A stretch of 64,000 nucleotides of DNA from an uncultured Chloroflexia bacterium (GCA_963810095.1 CAWEMM010000006.1:1408001-1472000); one strand, 5' to 3'. Shown: positions 31,682 to 42,605, counted from the first letter of the stretch. The notes: generated from the letters alone by a model not told the origin. A program made the numbers and translations.

Positions 31682-31945
31682 GTGCGCGTCAGCATCGAAT
31701 TCTGCGTAGCCTGAAACTACACGCCGCGGGCCGCCAGTTTGGCGGAAACTTTGGTCAACACCTTCAAGCCTTTCGTGGGCGGGAAACATCCCATCGAGTC
31801 CATCACCCTGATCCCCTCGGGCAATGGCCGCTACGAGGTCACGCTTGACGACGAGCTGGTCTACTCAAAGGCCGCAACGGGCAAACACACGACAAACGAG
31901 TTTATCGTCGACCAGGTGCGAGCAAGACTGAAACTGCAACACTAG
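31682..31945 (+). CDS. Rdx family (SelW/SelT/SelH-like) selenoprotein; Sec at TGA 31712-31714
   Basis: AGGAGG RBS, GTG start, VSIEFCVA-TGA-NYTPRAASLA...LIPSGNGRYEV..DDELVYSK..TG. Confidence 0.92.
31715..31746 (+). promoter_or_regulatory. Bacterial SECIS element
   Basis: CCGCCA-GTT-TGGCGG perfect stem, loop G 23 nt after UGA. Confidence 0.75.
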
Positions 31946-31955
31946 CCAACAATCT

Positions 31956-33305
31956 ATGATCGACATCTCGCTGATCATCACCATCGGCGCCATCTTTCTT
32001 TTGTCGCTGACGGCCGCATATTTGCGTTCCCGAACGAGAGACCGCTGCCTGAAGTCTTGGGAAGGATTTCACGTAACGCTGGAGCGCACGAACGGCAAGC
32101 TGGTGTGGGGTGAGCTGCACGTGGTGTCGACGGGGATGGAGTTCGTCTATGCCGGGTCGGTGCAGGACGAACGCCACCTCGAGTCCTCCTATCTTCTATA
32201 TGCCTCGGAGTACGCCGAGATCCAGGCGCTCTACCGCTACGTCGCCGACCTGTCGGACCAGAGCAAGCAGCAACGGCTGCGCGACATCGATTCCTCCTTC
32301 CACCCGAACCCTGCGCGCCGCCTGCGCCGCGACGCGCAGAACTTCTTCGGCACCGCCACCGACTCCCTGAACGAAGTCATCGGCCTCGTCGTCGGCCGGG
32401 CGGGCAAAGTGGGCGGCCGCTATATCGCCGCCGACGGCACGTCCTCGATCAAGAGCCTGAGCGGCAAGGTGCTCGGCCAGGTCGGCTCGATTTACGATCC
32501 GCTCCTCGAACGCTATATTGGGAGCCGCGTCGTGATCGAGTTGCTCGAGGGCCAGGAGGTGCACGAGCATGTGGGGATCTTGCGGAATTACAGCCAGGAC
32601 TTCATCGAAATTCTCGACGTGCGTTATCCGCAGCGGCGGTCGGTTGCAGTCGAGGCAGGTGGGCGGGTCGAAGGAGAGGGGTTAATCGTCGAAAAGGTGC
32701 CCGGCAGGATCCATCTGCGCAACTGCAATGACTGGCCGGTGCTGGTCCATTCGCTGGCTTATGCGGACCACGAGGAGATGATTAATGCGGTCGTCGACGG
32801 CGACGAGGAAATCGACCTGAACGTGGAAGACGTGTCCGCACAATCCGTTAAGCTGATCGTGCGCATTCCGGAAGAACTCGACTTTATCGTGCCGCGCAGC
32901 CGCTGCGTGGTGCGTCACCGGGCGGAACAGTACCGCCAGGCCGATTTCAAAGCGCTCGTCGAGGATGTCGTTTTCGACGTGGGAAGGATATTCTCGACCA
33001 GCGGCCGCGACAACGGCCACGACAATACCGAGGCGCGGCTGCGTCAAGATGTGCGCCGGGACCCGATGAACGCGGCGGCCGCGGCTAACCTCGGATTTCT
33101 CTTAATGCAGCGGGACGAGTTGGCCGAGGCTGAGAAGTGGCTGCGGCATGCGCTGCAGTTCGAGTATTCGCTGCCCGACGGCGGCCGCCGGACGCGCATG
33201 CAACTGCGCGAGATCGAACGGCGCCGCGAGGGGTTGGATGCCTATGTCCAGGGTGCGATTCAGTCCTCGCCGACCGTCATTGGAGGCGAAGGCTCGGATT
33301 TGTGA
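31956..33305 (+). CDS. Membrane-anchored hypothetical protein with C-terminal TPR-like helix pair
   Basis: 449-aa ORF, N-terminal TM, DPMNAAAAANLGFLL...AEAEKWLRHAL. Confidence 0.7.
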   Translation: MIDISLIITIGAIFLLSLTAAYLRSRTRDRCLKSWEGFHVTLERTNGKLVWGELHVVSTGMEFVYAGSVQDERHLESSYLLYASEYAEIQALYRYVADLSDQSKQQRLRDIDSSFHPNPARRLRRDAQNFFGTATDSLNEVIGLVVGRAGKVGGRYIAADGTSSIKSLSGKVLGQVGSIYDPLLERYIGSRVVIELLEGQEVHEHVGILRNYSQDFIEILDVRYPQRRSVAVEAGGRVEGEGLIVEKVPGRIHLRNCNDWPVLVHSLAYADHEEMINAVVDGDEEIDLNVEDVSAQSVKLIVRIPEELDFIVPRSRCVVRHRAEQYRQADFKALVEDVVFDVGRIFSTSGRDNGHDNTEARLRQDVRRDPMNAAAAANLGFLLMQRDELAEAEKWLRHALQFEYSLPDGGRRTRMQLREIERRREGLDAYVQGAIQSSPTVIGGEGSDL

Positions 33306-33329
33306 TGTGCTATGAGGAGGGATGCTTGT

Positions 33330-34270
33330 ATGGCAGGTGAAACTTGCTGTGTGTGCGACAAGCCGATCGCCGGCGCGGCAAAGATGCTGGGGGGCCGCGC
33401 GTTTTGCGAGGAGCATTATGCCGCGTGTGGGGCAAAGCCGGCGAGGGCTGTGGCTCGCCACGGTCTTCCTGATCGTCGGGCTGGCGCTGTTCGTCACTGC
33501 CGTATTTTTCGCGGCGCCCGCGGTGCGCGACTCGCTGCAGGGTCCGGCCCTGGTCTTCGCCGGACTGCTGCTGGCGCTCGTTCCGGCGGCCATCTGGATG
33601 GTCGTGTTCTACCTGCAAGACCGGGCCGAGCCGGAGCCGAAGCGTTACGTGATTGGCGTGTTTTTGCTCGGCGTGCTCCTGGCTGCGGCAATTGGTCAGC
33701 CATTGATCCGGGCGTTCGACGTGAACGCATGGGCCGCGCGGCAGCCTGGCACTGCGGCTGCTGGCCGGCGTGTGCGTCATCGGCATCACGCAGGAGTTTC
33801 TCAAGTACGCGGCGGTGCGCTACACCGTGTTCGGCAGCGCGGAGTTCGACGAGCGAATTGACGGCATCATCTACGGGGCGGCCGCGGGCCTGGGCTACGC
33901 CACCTACCTGAACGTCAATTACGTCATCTCGAACGGCGGCGTGGACATTGGGATCGGAGCCGTGCGGATCGCGGTCGTCGCGCTGGCCCAGGCGTCATTC
34001 GCCGGCGTCACCGGCTACTTCCTAGGCCGGGCCAAGTTCGAGAATCGGGGGCCGTTCTGGCTCCCGGTCGGGCTGTTTCTCGCCGCAGTGCTGAACGGGG
34101 TCGTCACGACGCTACTCAGCGAGATTACGCGCAGCGGCCTGCAGCCCACGCCGCTCAATGGCCTGATCTTTGCCGCCGTCGTGGCGGCGCTCACCTTTAT
34201 CATCCTGTTCACCGTGATCCGCCGGGGTGCGCGGCCGATGCCCGCCGTGGCAGGAGGAGTGAACTCATGA
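33330..34270 (+). CDS. PrsW family intramembrane protease with N-terminal Cys/His zinc finger (indels near 33425 and 33750)
   Basis: CCVC..CEEH; YLQDRAEPEP; QEFLKY, FDERIDGIIYG..AGLGYA across three frames. Confidence 0.75.
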
Positions 34271-34876
34271 CCGCTGCTGCTGTCAAAATGCCTCGCAGCC
34301 GGGGCCGTGCCGAAGAGCCCGAGTGGCTGGTGTGGGCGCTGGTGCTGGTGATGCTGGCCATCGGCCTCCTCGCACGGACGGTCGTGCTGGGTCAGACAAC
34401 CACGTTCACTGCGGGCGGCGTCTCGGTTAAATACCCGGCCGCGTGGATTGCCCTAACTAAGCAGAATGACGATGACGCTGCTGACTGTGGGCCAGCCTTT
34501 TGCGGGCGGGCTTTTCCCGGCGCGTTTCGCGCTGCTGCAGATGCCGGCGAGCAGCATCAGCCGGAACGCCCAGTCGCTCGGCGACTTTGCGCTGCAGTGG
34601 TCGGACCGGGGGGCGCAGGATCTGCTGGGATACAAAGTGCTGAACATCGAGCCGGTGCAGGTGCGGGGCAAGGACGCGGTGCGGGTCGACTACGTGTACG
34701 TCGCCGAGCCGGCCCTTGCCACCCCGAACAGCATCCCCATCGTCGCGCAAGGGGCCGACATCCTCATTCCGGCGGGCGACAAGATGACGGTTGCCCGGCT
34801 CGTGGCTGCGTCCGACGAATTCGACGGCTTGGGCCAAACCTGGGACCGCATTCTCGGCTCCCTCGAGCTGCAGTAG
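34267..34876 (+). CDS. Membrane-anchored PsbP/DcrB-like hypothetical protein (indel near 34470)
   Basis: AGGAGG RBS, TM, SVKYPAAW, C-terminal FD.....WDRILGSLEL. Confidence 0.55.
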
Positions 34877-34885
34877 GAGGCGACG

Positions 34886-36463
34886 ATGAAACGTAACTAC
34901 CGCACGGCAATTCTCGCCGTCCTGGTGCTGCTGAGCCTGGCGGGCACGCTGGCGGGCAGTGCGCCGCGTGCCGAGGCCGTGGACAAGGACGTCGCCCAGC
35001 GCATCCTGCGCGCATCGGTCAAGCTGCTGACCCCCATGGATGCGGACGAGAACTCGGGGAGCCTCTGTTCGGGCAGCATGCTGGACCCGCAGGGCTACAT
35101 CCTGACGAACTTCCACTGCATCGGCTATCCGACGTCGGGCCCGAAGGACCAGGAGCTGGAAAGCCTGGGCATGGAGCCCGGCGACCTGTTCAACTCGAAG
35201 GGGCTGTCGGTGGTGGCGGTGACGGACGACCCCCGCAAGCTCCCGAAGCCCACCTATGTCGCGCAGGTCATGTCTTCCGACCCCGAGCTGGACATTGCCG
35301 TGCTTAAGGTGATTGCGTACTACAACAGCAAGCAGAAGTTGACGGACAACCTGCCGGTGATGACGATGGACGTGGCCGATTCGGAGGCCGTTGAGACGCT
35401 GGACGACGTCATCGTCGTTGGCTATCCGGGCATTGCGGGCGACACCGTTACGGCCACGGAGGGCCGTATCTCCGGCTTCATTGACGAGGACGGCGACGAT
35501 AACTTCGATTGGTTCAAGACCGACGTGTTGGTGAATCAGGGGAATTCGGGCGGCTCCGCGCTGAACGCCAAGGGCGAATTGATCGGCGTGCCGACGGCCC
35601 GGCTGCAGGACAAGTCGGGCAACGTGATCTACCTGATCCGGCCGGTCAACCGGGCCGCGGCCTATATTGAAGAAGCGCACAAGGTGGGCGCCAGCGGCGG
35701 GCAGGTGGCGACAAAGCCGCCAAGCAAGCCGGCCGCGCCTGCTCAGACGAGCGGCAAGGGGACGTTCGGCGAGCCCATCTTCGGCACGGGCTTCGACGAT
35801 AACGATGGGATCACCGGCGAAGCAACCACGTTCAACTCGGGCATCAAGGAAATTCACGCGGGTCTGCCTTACGAGAACATGCGGGACGGAACCTCCTGGG
35901 GCTACCAGTGGCAGTACGAGGGCCAGGACGTGACGGGCGAGTCGGACCTGGCGTGGGAGTTCGGCCAGTCTGGCGTGGTCGACTTGAGCCTGACCGGCAA
36001 GAAGGGGCTCACGGACGGCGAGTACAGCCTGCAGGTATACCTGCGCGGCGACCTCGTGCAAGAGACCGGGTTTACGGTCGGACGCAAGCCGGGCAACAAC
36101 CGGCCGCCCCAGAAGCCGCAGAAGCCGGTGGACGAGGGTGTGACGATCACCGGCACGATCATCGACCATGCCACCCGGCGGCCCATCCGCGACGCGATCG
36201 TCGTATTCCTGAATCCGGGGCAGACGGTGGACGATTTTGATGCGGACTCGAGTGACGGCAAGACAGAGACGGTATTCGCCTACGGCGTCAGCGACGCAAA
36301 GGGGATTTACACGCTGAACAATCCGCTGCCGCGCGGCGAGGTCTACACCGTGATCGTTGGTGCGAAGGGCTACGCCCGCATCGCCGAGGACGACGCGCTG
36401 GAGATAACGCAGGATGATCCGGACGTGATCGAGCTTGATCCGCTGGAGTTGGACAAGCAGTAG
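34886..36463 (+). CDS. Secreted trypsin-like serine protease with C-terminal Ig/CnaB-like domains
   Basis: Signal peptide, ILTNFHC, DIAVL, VGYP, NQGNSGG catalytic triad motifs. Confidence 0.9.
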   Translation: MKRNYRTAILAVLVLLSLAGTLAGSAPRAEAVDKDVAQRILRASVKLLTPMDADENSGSLCSGSMLDPQGYILTNFHCIGYPTSGPKDQELESLGMEPGDLFNSKGLSVVAVTDDPRKLPKPTYVAQVMSSDPELDIAVLKVIAYYNSKQKLTDNLPVMTMDVADSEAVETLDDVIVVGYPGIAGDTVTATEGRISGFIDEDGDDNFDWFKTDVLVNQGNSGGSALNAKGELIGVPTARLQDKSGNVIYLIRPVNRAAAYIEEAHKVGASGGQVATKPPSKPAAPAQTSGKGTFGEPIFGTGFDDNDGITGEATTFNSGIKEIHAGLPYENMRDGTSWGYQWQYEGQDVTGESDLAWEFGQSGVVDLSLTGKKGLTDGEYSLQVYLRGDLVQETGFTVGRKPGNNRPPQKPQKPVDEGVTITGTIIDHATRRPIRDAIVVFLNPGQTVDDFDADSSDGKTETVFAYGVSDAKGIYTLNNPLPRGEVYTVIVGAKGYARIAEDDALEITQDDPDVIELDPLELDKQ

Positions 36464-36484
36464 TGCACGCGCTGCTCACATGAG

Positions 36485-36523
36485 AACGACGCCGGGGCGG
36501 CCTGAAGCCGCCCCGGCGTCGTT
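36485..36523. terminator. Bidirectional terminator-like hairpin
   Basis: AACGACGCCGGGGCGGC-CTGAA-GCCGCCCCGGCGTCGTT between convergent genes. Confidence 0.75.
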
Positions 36524-36534
36524 TAAGCCGATCG

Positions 36535-37125
36535 TTACTTAAGCAGCGTGCGCTTCAGGAACTCAACGATCACATGCGTTGGGATTGCAAACCCCACGTC
36601 CGGGCCGTTGATCATGGTGTTGATCCCCAGCAGCCGGCCGCGGACGTCCACCAGTGGTCCGCCGGAGTGGCCCGGCCGCATGTGAAGGCTGACCACCAGC
36701 CAGTCTCGCATGGCCGGCCGCATCTCGGGCCACTGCCGGCCCATGCCGATGATGACCCCCCCGGTCGCCGCCCCTGTCACGCCCCACGGGTGGCCCAGCG
36801 CCATGACCCACTGGCCGGGCCGCACCGCCCGTGAGTCGGCCAGTTGGATCGTGGGTAGCGTCTTCGCATCGATCCTCAGCGCGGCCAGGTCACAGTCCCG
36901 GTCGACGGCCAGGATCTCCGCATCGAACTCCCGTCCGCCAACCAGCTCGACCTTTAGCGGGCCGCGGCTTGCCACATGCGCGTTTGTGACAATCAGCCCC
37001 TCGGGATGCCAGATGGTCCCCGCCCCTGCGCCACGCCGCCCGTTTCGCACCTGCACCAGGCTCTTGTACACTTCGTCGACTACGTCCGCCGACTCGACAT
37101 TCAACGCCTGCACCTGATCCATCAT
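36535..37125 (-). CDS. Trypsin-like (S1C) protease without PDZ domain or signal peptide
   Basis: GAGTIW, VTNAHV, DLAAL, PGHSGGPL. Confidence 0.9.
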   Translation of the reverse strand: MMDQVQALNVESADVVDEVYKSLVQVRNGRRGAGAGTIWHPEGLIVTNAHVASRGPLKVELVGGREFDAEILAVDRDCDLAALRIDAKTLPTIQLADSRAVRPGQWVMALGHPWGVTGAATGGVIIGMGRQWPEMRPAMRDWLVVSLHMRPGHSGGPLVDVRGRLLGINTMINGPDVGFAIPTHVIVEFLKRTLLK

Positions 37126-37149
37126 CTCATCCCCGGTCTTCGATACGCC

Positions 37150-38068
37150 TTACCCCTGCTCGCCGACCAAAACGCTAATCTCGGTGACCTGGCCGCCGCG
37201 CAACAGGCGAACCGGGACGGCCTTGCCGACGCGGTCACCGCCGAGCGCGGCCAGCAGGTCGTCGAGGTGCGCGGTGCGCTGGCCGTCGAGCGAGAGCAGC
37301 GTGTCGCCCATGAAGAGGCCGCTGCGTTCCGCAGGGCTGCCGGCTTCAACCGAGCCCAGCAAAAGCCCCGTCTCCTGTCCGACTTGCTCTGCTATAGCCT
37401 GCGGCAGGCGCACGGTCTGTGCGCCTACGCCCAGATAGCCCGCGCTTCACCCGCCCGTGCCGCAGCAGCGCCTCGGCCACCCGCCGGATCGTCTCGGCCG
37501 GGATGGTCAGGGTAACGTCGCGCAGCATGGCCGACGTGTTAATGCCGACGAACTTGCCCCCGGCACTGACCAGCGGCCCGCCCGAAAAGCCCGGGTACAT
37601 GAGCGCGTCCGTCTGGAGGTAGTAGTCTAGCTGCCCGCCGGCGGGCGTGCGCCAGTCCTTTTTGAGCGCGCTGATGATCCCGAGGGTCGCCATAACGCTC
37701 TGCCCCGGCCGGCCGAGCGCCAGTGCGAGGTGGCCGACATGGAGGAAGTCACCGCCCGCCCAAGCCGGCGCCGCCAGTTCTCCGGCCGCCTGCAGACCGT
37801 CGGCGCCGATGCGGAGGAGCGCGAGGTCGGTGGTCGGATCGCGGCCGACGAGGGTCGCGGTCACCGTGCGCCCGCCGGCCAGGCCAATGCCAATGTTCTC
37901 GTCCTGCTCGACGACATGATGCGCGGTAACGATCAACCCGTCCGCAGACCAAACGACGCCGGTCGCGGGCAGCCGCCGCCGGCCTTCCACCCGCACGATG
38001 CTCGGGCCTGCGATCTCCACTGCCGACGCCAGCGCGTCGGACACTGATGCCAATGCTTCGCCAGTCAT
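37150..38068 (-). CDS. HtrA/DegS-like S1C protease with PDZ domain (indel near 37440)
   Basis: VTAHHV, DPTTDLALL, YPGFSGGPL; PDZ GSPAERSGL..GD in the second frame. Confidence 0.88.
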
Positions 38069-38171
38069 AGTTGCCTCCGGTAATGGTTTACGGCGGCAGC
38101 ATACCGCTTCCGACGCGCCGGCGCATCGCTCGTTGTGGGGGGAGGGGACCTGGAAAAAAGGTTAGGGAGGG

Positions 38172-38817
38172 TTACAGGAACACGAGCCCAAGACGGGTGG
38201 CGCGAACGACGGCTTCCGTGCGACTTGCCACGCCGAGCTTGCCAAGGAGGGCGTTAACGTGGAACTTGACCGTGTGCTCGCTGATGTCGAGCCGCTGCGC
38301 GATCGTCTTGTTGGGCAGCCCCTCGGCGAGGAGGCGCAGCACTTCGAGCTCGCGGGGGGTTAGCTCTTCTATCAGGGCCGGCTCGTCGCCGCCGAACGGC
38401 GGCGCGGCTGCCGTGACCGGTGCGGCGCTCAGCACGGAGCGGAACGCGGTATCGAACAGGGACAGACCTTCGGCTGCAGCATGCAGCCCGGCGGCAATCC
38501 GGGCTGGCGGGGCGTCACGGGCCAGGACGCGCGGGCGCGCCGGCGGCCCACGCGGCCCGGGCGTCCGGCTCGTCGTTCACCAGTGCGACGACGGGGAGGC
38601 TCTTTGGGGCCTCGGCGAGGTGGGCCAGCGCGATCTCCGGTTTCCAGCCCATATCCCAGAGCACCACGTCGGGCCGGTGAGCGTCCAGCTCGGCCCCCAG
38701 GTCATCGCCGGCAACCCGGCCGGCAATCGACAGATCGGGGAGGTCGGCCAGCAGGACGGCCAGGCCGGCGCGTGCCAGCGGATCGTCCGCGACGATCAGG
38801 ACGCGTAGCGCGCTCAT
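38172..38817 (-). CDS. NarL/LuxR-type response regulator (frameshifted)
   Basis: [22 protein letters not shown]; [27 protein letters not shown]. Confidence 0.88.
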
Positions 38818-39885
38818 GCCGGCGCCTCGCCGGGGAGAAAGTCGACGATCAGCACGTCGGGCGGGCACCAGATGCGGAGGGGCGGCTCGGCCGAGCCGAC
38901 GCCCGAGGTCACGAAGAGGTGCGTTTGACCGAAGACAAAGTGACCCTGGTCGAAGAGGCGGCCGTACTTGGAAGGCACGACGAGCGGCCCCAGGCCCGGC
39001 ACGCGGATTTGGCCGCCATGATAATGGCCAGCGAAGATGGCGTTGAAGCCCTGGTCGCGCAGCGCATAGACGTTGTCGGGGGTATGCGTCAGGACGAGCT
39101 GGAGCTCGCCGGGCATGGGCTGGGGCAAGACCCACCGTTTTTCGCCCCAGGGATGCTCGAAGCCGCTCAGCACGACGGCATGGCCGGTTCCGGTTGCCAG
39201 GCGCACGGTCTGTCCGCCGATCATGCGGACCCCGGCCGACTCTGCCGTCGCCCGGACTGCCTCGCTGCCGGCCCAGCGGTCGTGGTTGCCGATGACGCCG
39301 AACGAGCCCAGCCGGCCCGTCGCGCGGGGCAGCACGTCGCCCATCAGGGGGATGTATTCCCGGTAGGTCACGAAGTCGCCCGTGAAAACGACGACGTCCG
39401 GCTCCGCTTCGGCCACCCGGCCCATGGCTTCGCGGAAGTAGCTCAGCGGAAGATGGCTGTTCAGATGGAAGTCGCTCAGATGCGCGACGCGCACCGCGCG
39501 GCCCGCTCCAGCCCGAGACCGGGACCTCGTAGTGGCGCAGCACGAGGTCAGTGGTCGTCGCGGGGCGGGCGAGGTCGAGCGCGGGGCCGTGCTGGGCAAC
39601 GGGCGCGGCGCCGCGGTGACGGCTGCGCACGGCGCGACGGCGGGCTTCGCCGTAGAGGGTTACGCAGAAACCGGCGGCGGGCAGCAGCACCCAGCGCGAC
39701 CTGCCGATGCGCCAGCCAACCAGGCCGCTGATCCCGAGGGTGAGCAGTCCGCCCGCGCGAATCATGAAGCTCTTGAGGCGCTTGCCGCGCATCTGGATCA
39801 GGAGGCGATTGAGGACGTACAGATAGCCTGCCGAGGCCGAGACCATCGTCAGCAGCATGCTTAGGGAGCGGGTGAGGATTGTCAT
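38814..39885 (-). CDS. Membrane-anchored metallophosphoesterase (YkuE/YaeI-like; indel near 39505)
   Basis: N-terminal TMs, SDFH, TGDF, GNHD, THTPD, AGHYHGGQ. Confidence 0.88.
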
Positions 39886-39889
39886 AAGG

Positions 39890-40808
39890 TCAGGCCACGA
39901 CCGCCCGGTACGATGGGGCAAACTCGAGCGCGGTGCTGATCGTGCGGAACTGGATGTCGACGGTATCTTCGATGCGACGCGCATAGCCGCCGCCCATGAC
40001 CACGGCGACGGGGATGCCGGCCTCGCGGCAGCGCTCCAGCACAAGGCAGTCGCGCCGGGCCAGGCCCTCTTTGGTCAAGGCGAGCCGGCCCAGGGTGTCG
40101 CCCGCGAAGGGATCCGCGCCGGCGAGGTAGATGGCGAAGTCTGGGCGGAAGGTGGGCAGAACGCGGTCCAGAGCGCTCGTCAGCAGGTCGAGGTACAGAT
40201 TATCGTCGGCCCCGTCGGGCAACTCCACGTCCAGGTCGCTTTGCTCCTTGTGGTGCGGGAAGTTCTTGGCGCCGTGCATGGAGAAGGTGTAGATGCTCGG
40301 GTCGCCGGCCAGGAGGGCGGCCGTCCCGTTCCCCTGGTGTACGTCGCAATCGACGATCACCGCCCGGCGCGCCCGGCCCTCGCGCTGCATGGCGCGGCGC
40401 GGCCACGACACAATCGTTGAACACGCAGAAGCCCTCGCCGTGATCGGCGAAGGCGTGGTGCGTGCCGCCGGTCAGGCTGGCGGCCAGCCCCTCTTGCAGC
40501 GCGGCCCGGCAGGCCCCCAGCGTGCTGCCCACGGAGCGCCGGCAGCGCTCGACCAACTCGGGCGACCAGGGGAGCCCGATACGCCGCACCTCGCGGGCCG
40601 ACAATTCGCCGGTAACCACCTTGTCCAGGTAACTTTGCTCGTGGGCCAGGAGCAACTCGTCGTCGGTTGCCGCGTCTGGCACGAGCATCTCGCAGCGGTC
40701 GCCCAGCTCGCGGCCGACTCGTTCACGCAGCAACGAGTACTTGGCTGCGGGGAACCGGTGGCCCTGGGGCAGCGGGTAGGTGAAGTGGTCGCAGTAAAAG
40801 ACTTTCAC
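39890..40808 (-). CDS. Histone deacetylase family protein (indel near 40400)
   Basis: PLPQGHRFP..KY, GGTHHA..GEGFCVFND, DCDVHQGNGT, AGADP..GD.LG, GGGY. Confidence 0.92.
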
Positions 40809-42427
40809 TGGGCCTGCGTGCCGCCTTGCTGCTTCGGCGTGTCGGGGCGCACCACCTCGCCGCGCGCGACCGGCGCCAGCATCTGATCGACCGGCGCGTA
40901 CTGGTCGGTGAGCACCGTCGCCCGCCCACTCGCGAGGATGGACCGCACGGTCGAAGCCGGCAGCGCCAGGTCGGCCAGCAGCGTCTCGCCGTCGCCCGCG
41001 TCGATGTTCTTGAAGCGCTCCATGTTGATCGGGGCCCGGGAGGCCAGGATGACGAAGGTCACCCGGGGCGAGTCCTGCCAACCCCTGATCGCCGGCACAA
41101 CCTCGACATGGTCGAACGTCTGCTGCAGCGTGTTGACGTACGCGGCCAGGAAGTCGCGGCGCGGGCCGTCGATCAGGTTAACCATGTAAATGCCGTCGTC
41201 GGCCAACCACGCGCTGACCCGCTCGTTGAACTCGCGGGTCGTCAGGTGGTATGGTACCGAGTAGTCGTTGAACGCGTCGCCCATGATGAGGGAGTATTGG
41301 CGGTCGGGGCGGCGCTCCAGGAACAAGCGGGCGTCCTCGTTGAACGACCGCACGCGGGTGTCGCGTTTGAGCCCCAGCAGATCGTACGCCACTTGGGTTA
41401 CGCCCGGGTCGATCTCGATGACGTCCAGGTCGCTGTTCGGGTAGAGCGCCTCCATGTAGCGGGGGAACGTGTAGCCGCCGCCGCCGATGAACAGGGCAGA
41501 CAGCTTTTCGTGACTCAGCGACTGGTAGCGGGCTACTTCCGCGTAGACTTTCTCATAGCCATACACCAGCCGCCGGGGGTTATCCAGGTCGCTGTACGAA
41601 TGAACCAGGCGGTCGAGGATCAGCACCCGCACGTTCTCGCCGCGATTCGTGTCCTGCCGCACCTTGATGCAGAAGTAGTTGGTTTCGAGCGAGCACTGCG
41701 ACCTCGTCCAGCCTTGCTGCACCGCCGCATACGTCGCGCCGGCCAGGACGACCAGCACCAGCAGCCCCGCGACGACCACCCTGCGGCCGCCGGAGCCGGC
41801 GAGCAGGAATCCCAGGGCCATCAGGAACAAGACGACGGCGACGCCCCAGATGATGGCGTGGGTGCCGAACCAGGAAATGAGCAGGAAGCCGGTGGCGAAG
41901 GTGCCGACAATGCTCCCGACGGTGCCTGCGGCCGAAATCCGGCCGACCGTGCTGCCCGTTCGCGCGAGATCGTGGAGTGCAAGCTTCGTCACCACCGGCG
42001 AGACCGTGCCCAGGACCATGGCCGGGATGAAGAAGACGGTGGAGACGAGCACGAGGATGCGCAAGACGATGGGCCAGGCATCGGGCAGGGATTGGCCCAC
42101 GAGGTCTACGAACAGGACCGCCACGCTCGTCAGGCCGCCCAGGAAGAAGAGCAGGCTCAGAAGACGGTAGGAGGCCCAGCGGTCGGCCAGCCGGCCACCC
42201 AGGTAGTTGCCGAGACTCATGCCGGCCAGGATGACGCCGATGATGGTCGTCCAGGTGTAGAGCGAGACGCCCACGTAGGGCGCCACGATCCGGCCGGCGA
42301 CCAACTCGAGCACCATCATGCACGCGCTGGAGACGAAGACGATCAGCATTGCCGCCCACAGGCGCGGCGCCGGTCGTGCGATTTCGCTTTCCATCGGTCC
42401 TCGTGGTTCGTCAGTTAATGTCGCCAT
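40805..42427 (-). CDS. Fused MFS-like membrane domain / spermidine synthase-like methyltransferase
   Basis: ELVAGRIVAPYVGVS, IGGGGYTFP, IEIDPGV, EDAR, GDAF, HLTTREF, LTDQYAPVD. Confidence 0.9.
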   Translation of the reverse strand: MATLTDEPRGPMESEIARPAPRLWAAMLIVFVSSACMMVLELVAGRIVAPYVGVSLYTWTTIIGVILAGMSLGNYLGGRLADRWASYRLLSLLFFLGGLTSVAVLFVDLVGQSLPDAWPIVLRILVLVSTVFFIPAMVLGTVSPVVTKLALHDLARTGSTVGRISAAGTVGSIVGTFATGFLLISWFGTHAIIWGVAVVLFLMALGFLLAGSGGRRVVVAGLLVLVVLAGATYAAVQQGWTRSQCSLETNYFCIKVRQDTNRGENVRVLILDRLVHSYSDLDNPRRLVYGYEKVYAEVARYQSLSHEKLSALFIGGGGYTFPRYMEALYPNSDLDVIEIDPGVTQVAYDLLGLKRDTRVRSFNEDARLFLERRPDRQYSLIMGDAFNDYSVPYHLTTREFNERVSAWLADDGIYMVNLIDGPRRDFLAAYVNTLQQTFDHVEVVPAIRGWQDSPRVTFVILASRAPINMERFKNIDAGDGETLLADLALPASTVRSILASGRATVLTDQYAPVDQMLAPVARGEVVRPDTPKQQGGTQAQ

Positions 42428-42605
42428 GGTCGCTCATGCCACGGCCCGACGGCCGGCAAGGACCTTCCACGTCGCCGCAGTCGAAGTAGTGGACGTCGTG
42501 GCCGGGGTTGCTCGCACGGGTTTCCGCAACGAGCGCGGCGATCCGGGCCAGGCCATCGGTCGGGCCATGGGTGTCGTTGGTGTGCAATATGATTACGTGT
42601 TGCAT
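42411..42605 (-). pseudogene. N-terminal fragment of a 5'-nucleotidase/metallophosphatase
   Basis: IILHTNDTHG and FDCGD motifs, then stops after 64 aa; no GNHE motif in the space available. Confidence 0.65.

Noticed and set aside
40826-42418. Long antisense or alternate-frame ORFs (e.g. 40826-42418+, 34457-36169-, 58439-60016+)
   Set aside because: Shadow ORFs typical of high-GC DNA, lying opposite well-supported genes and lacking recognisable motifs.
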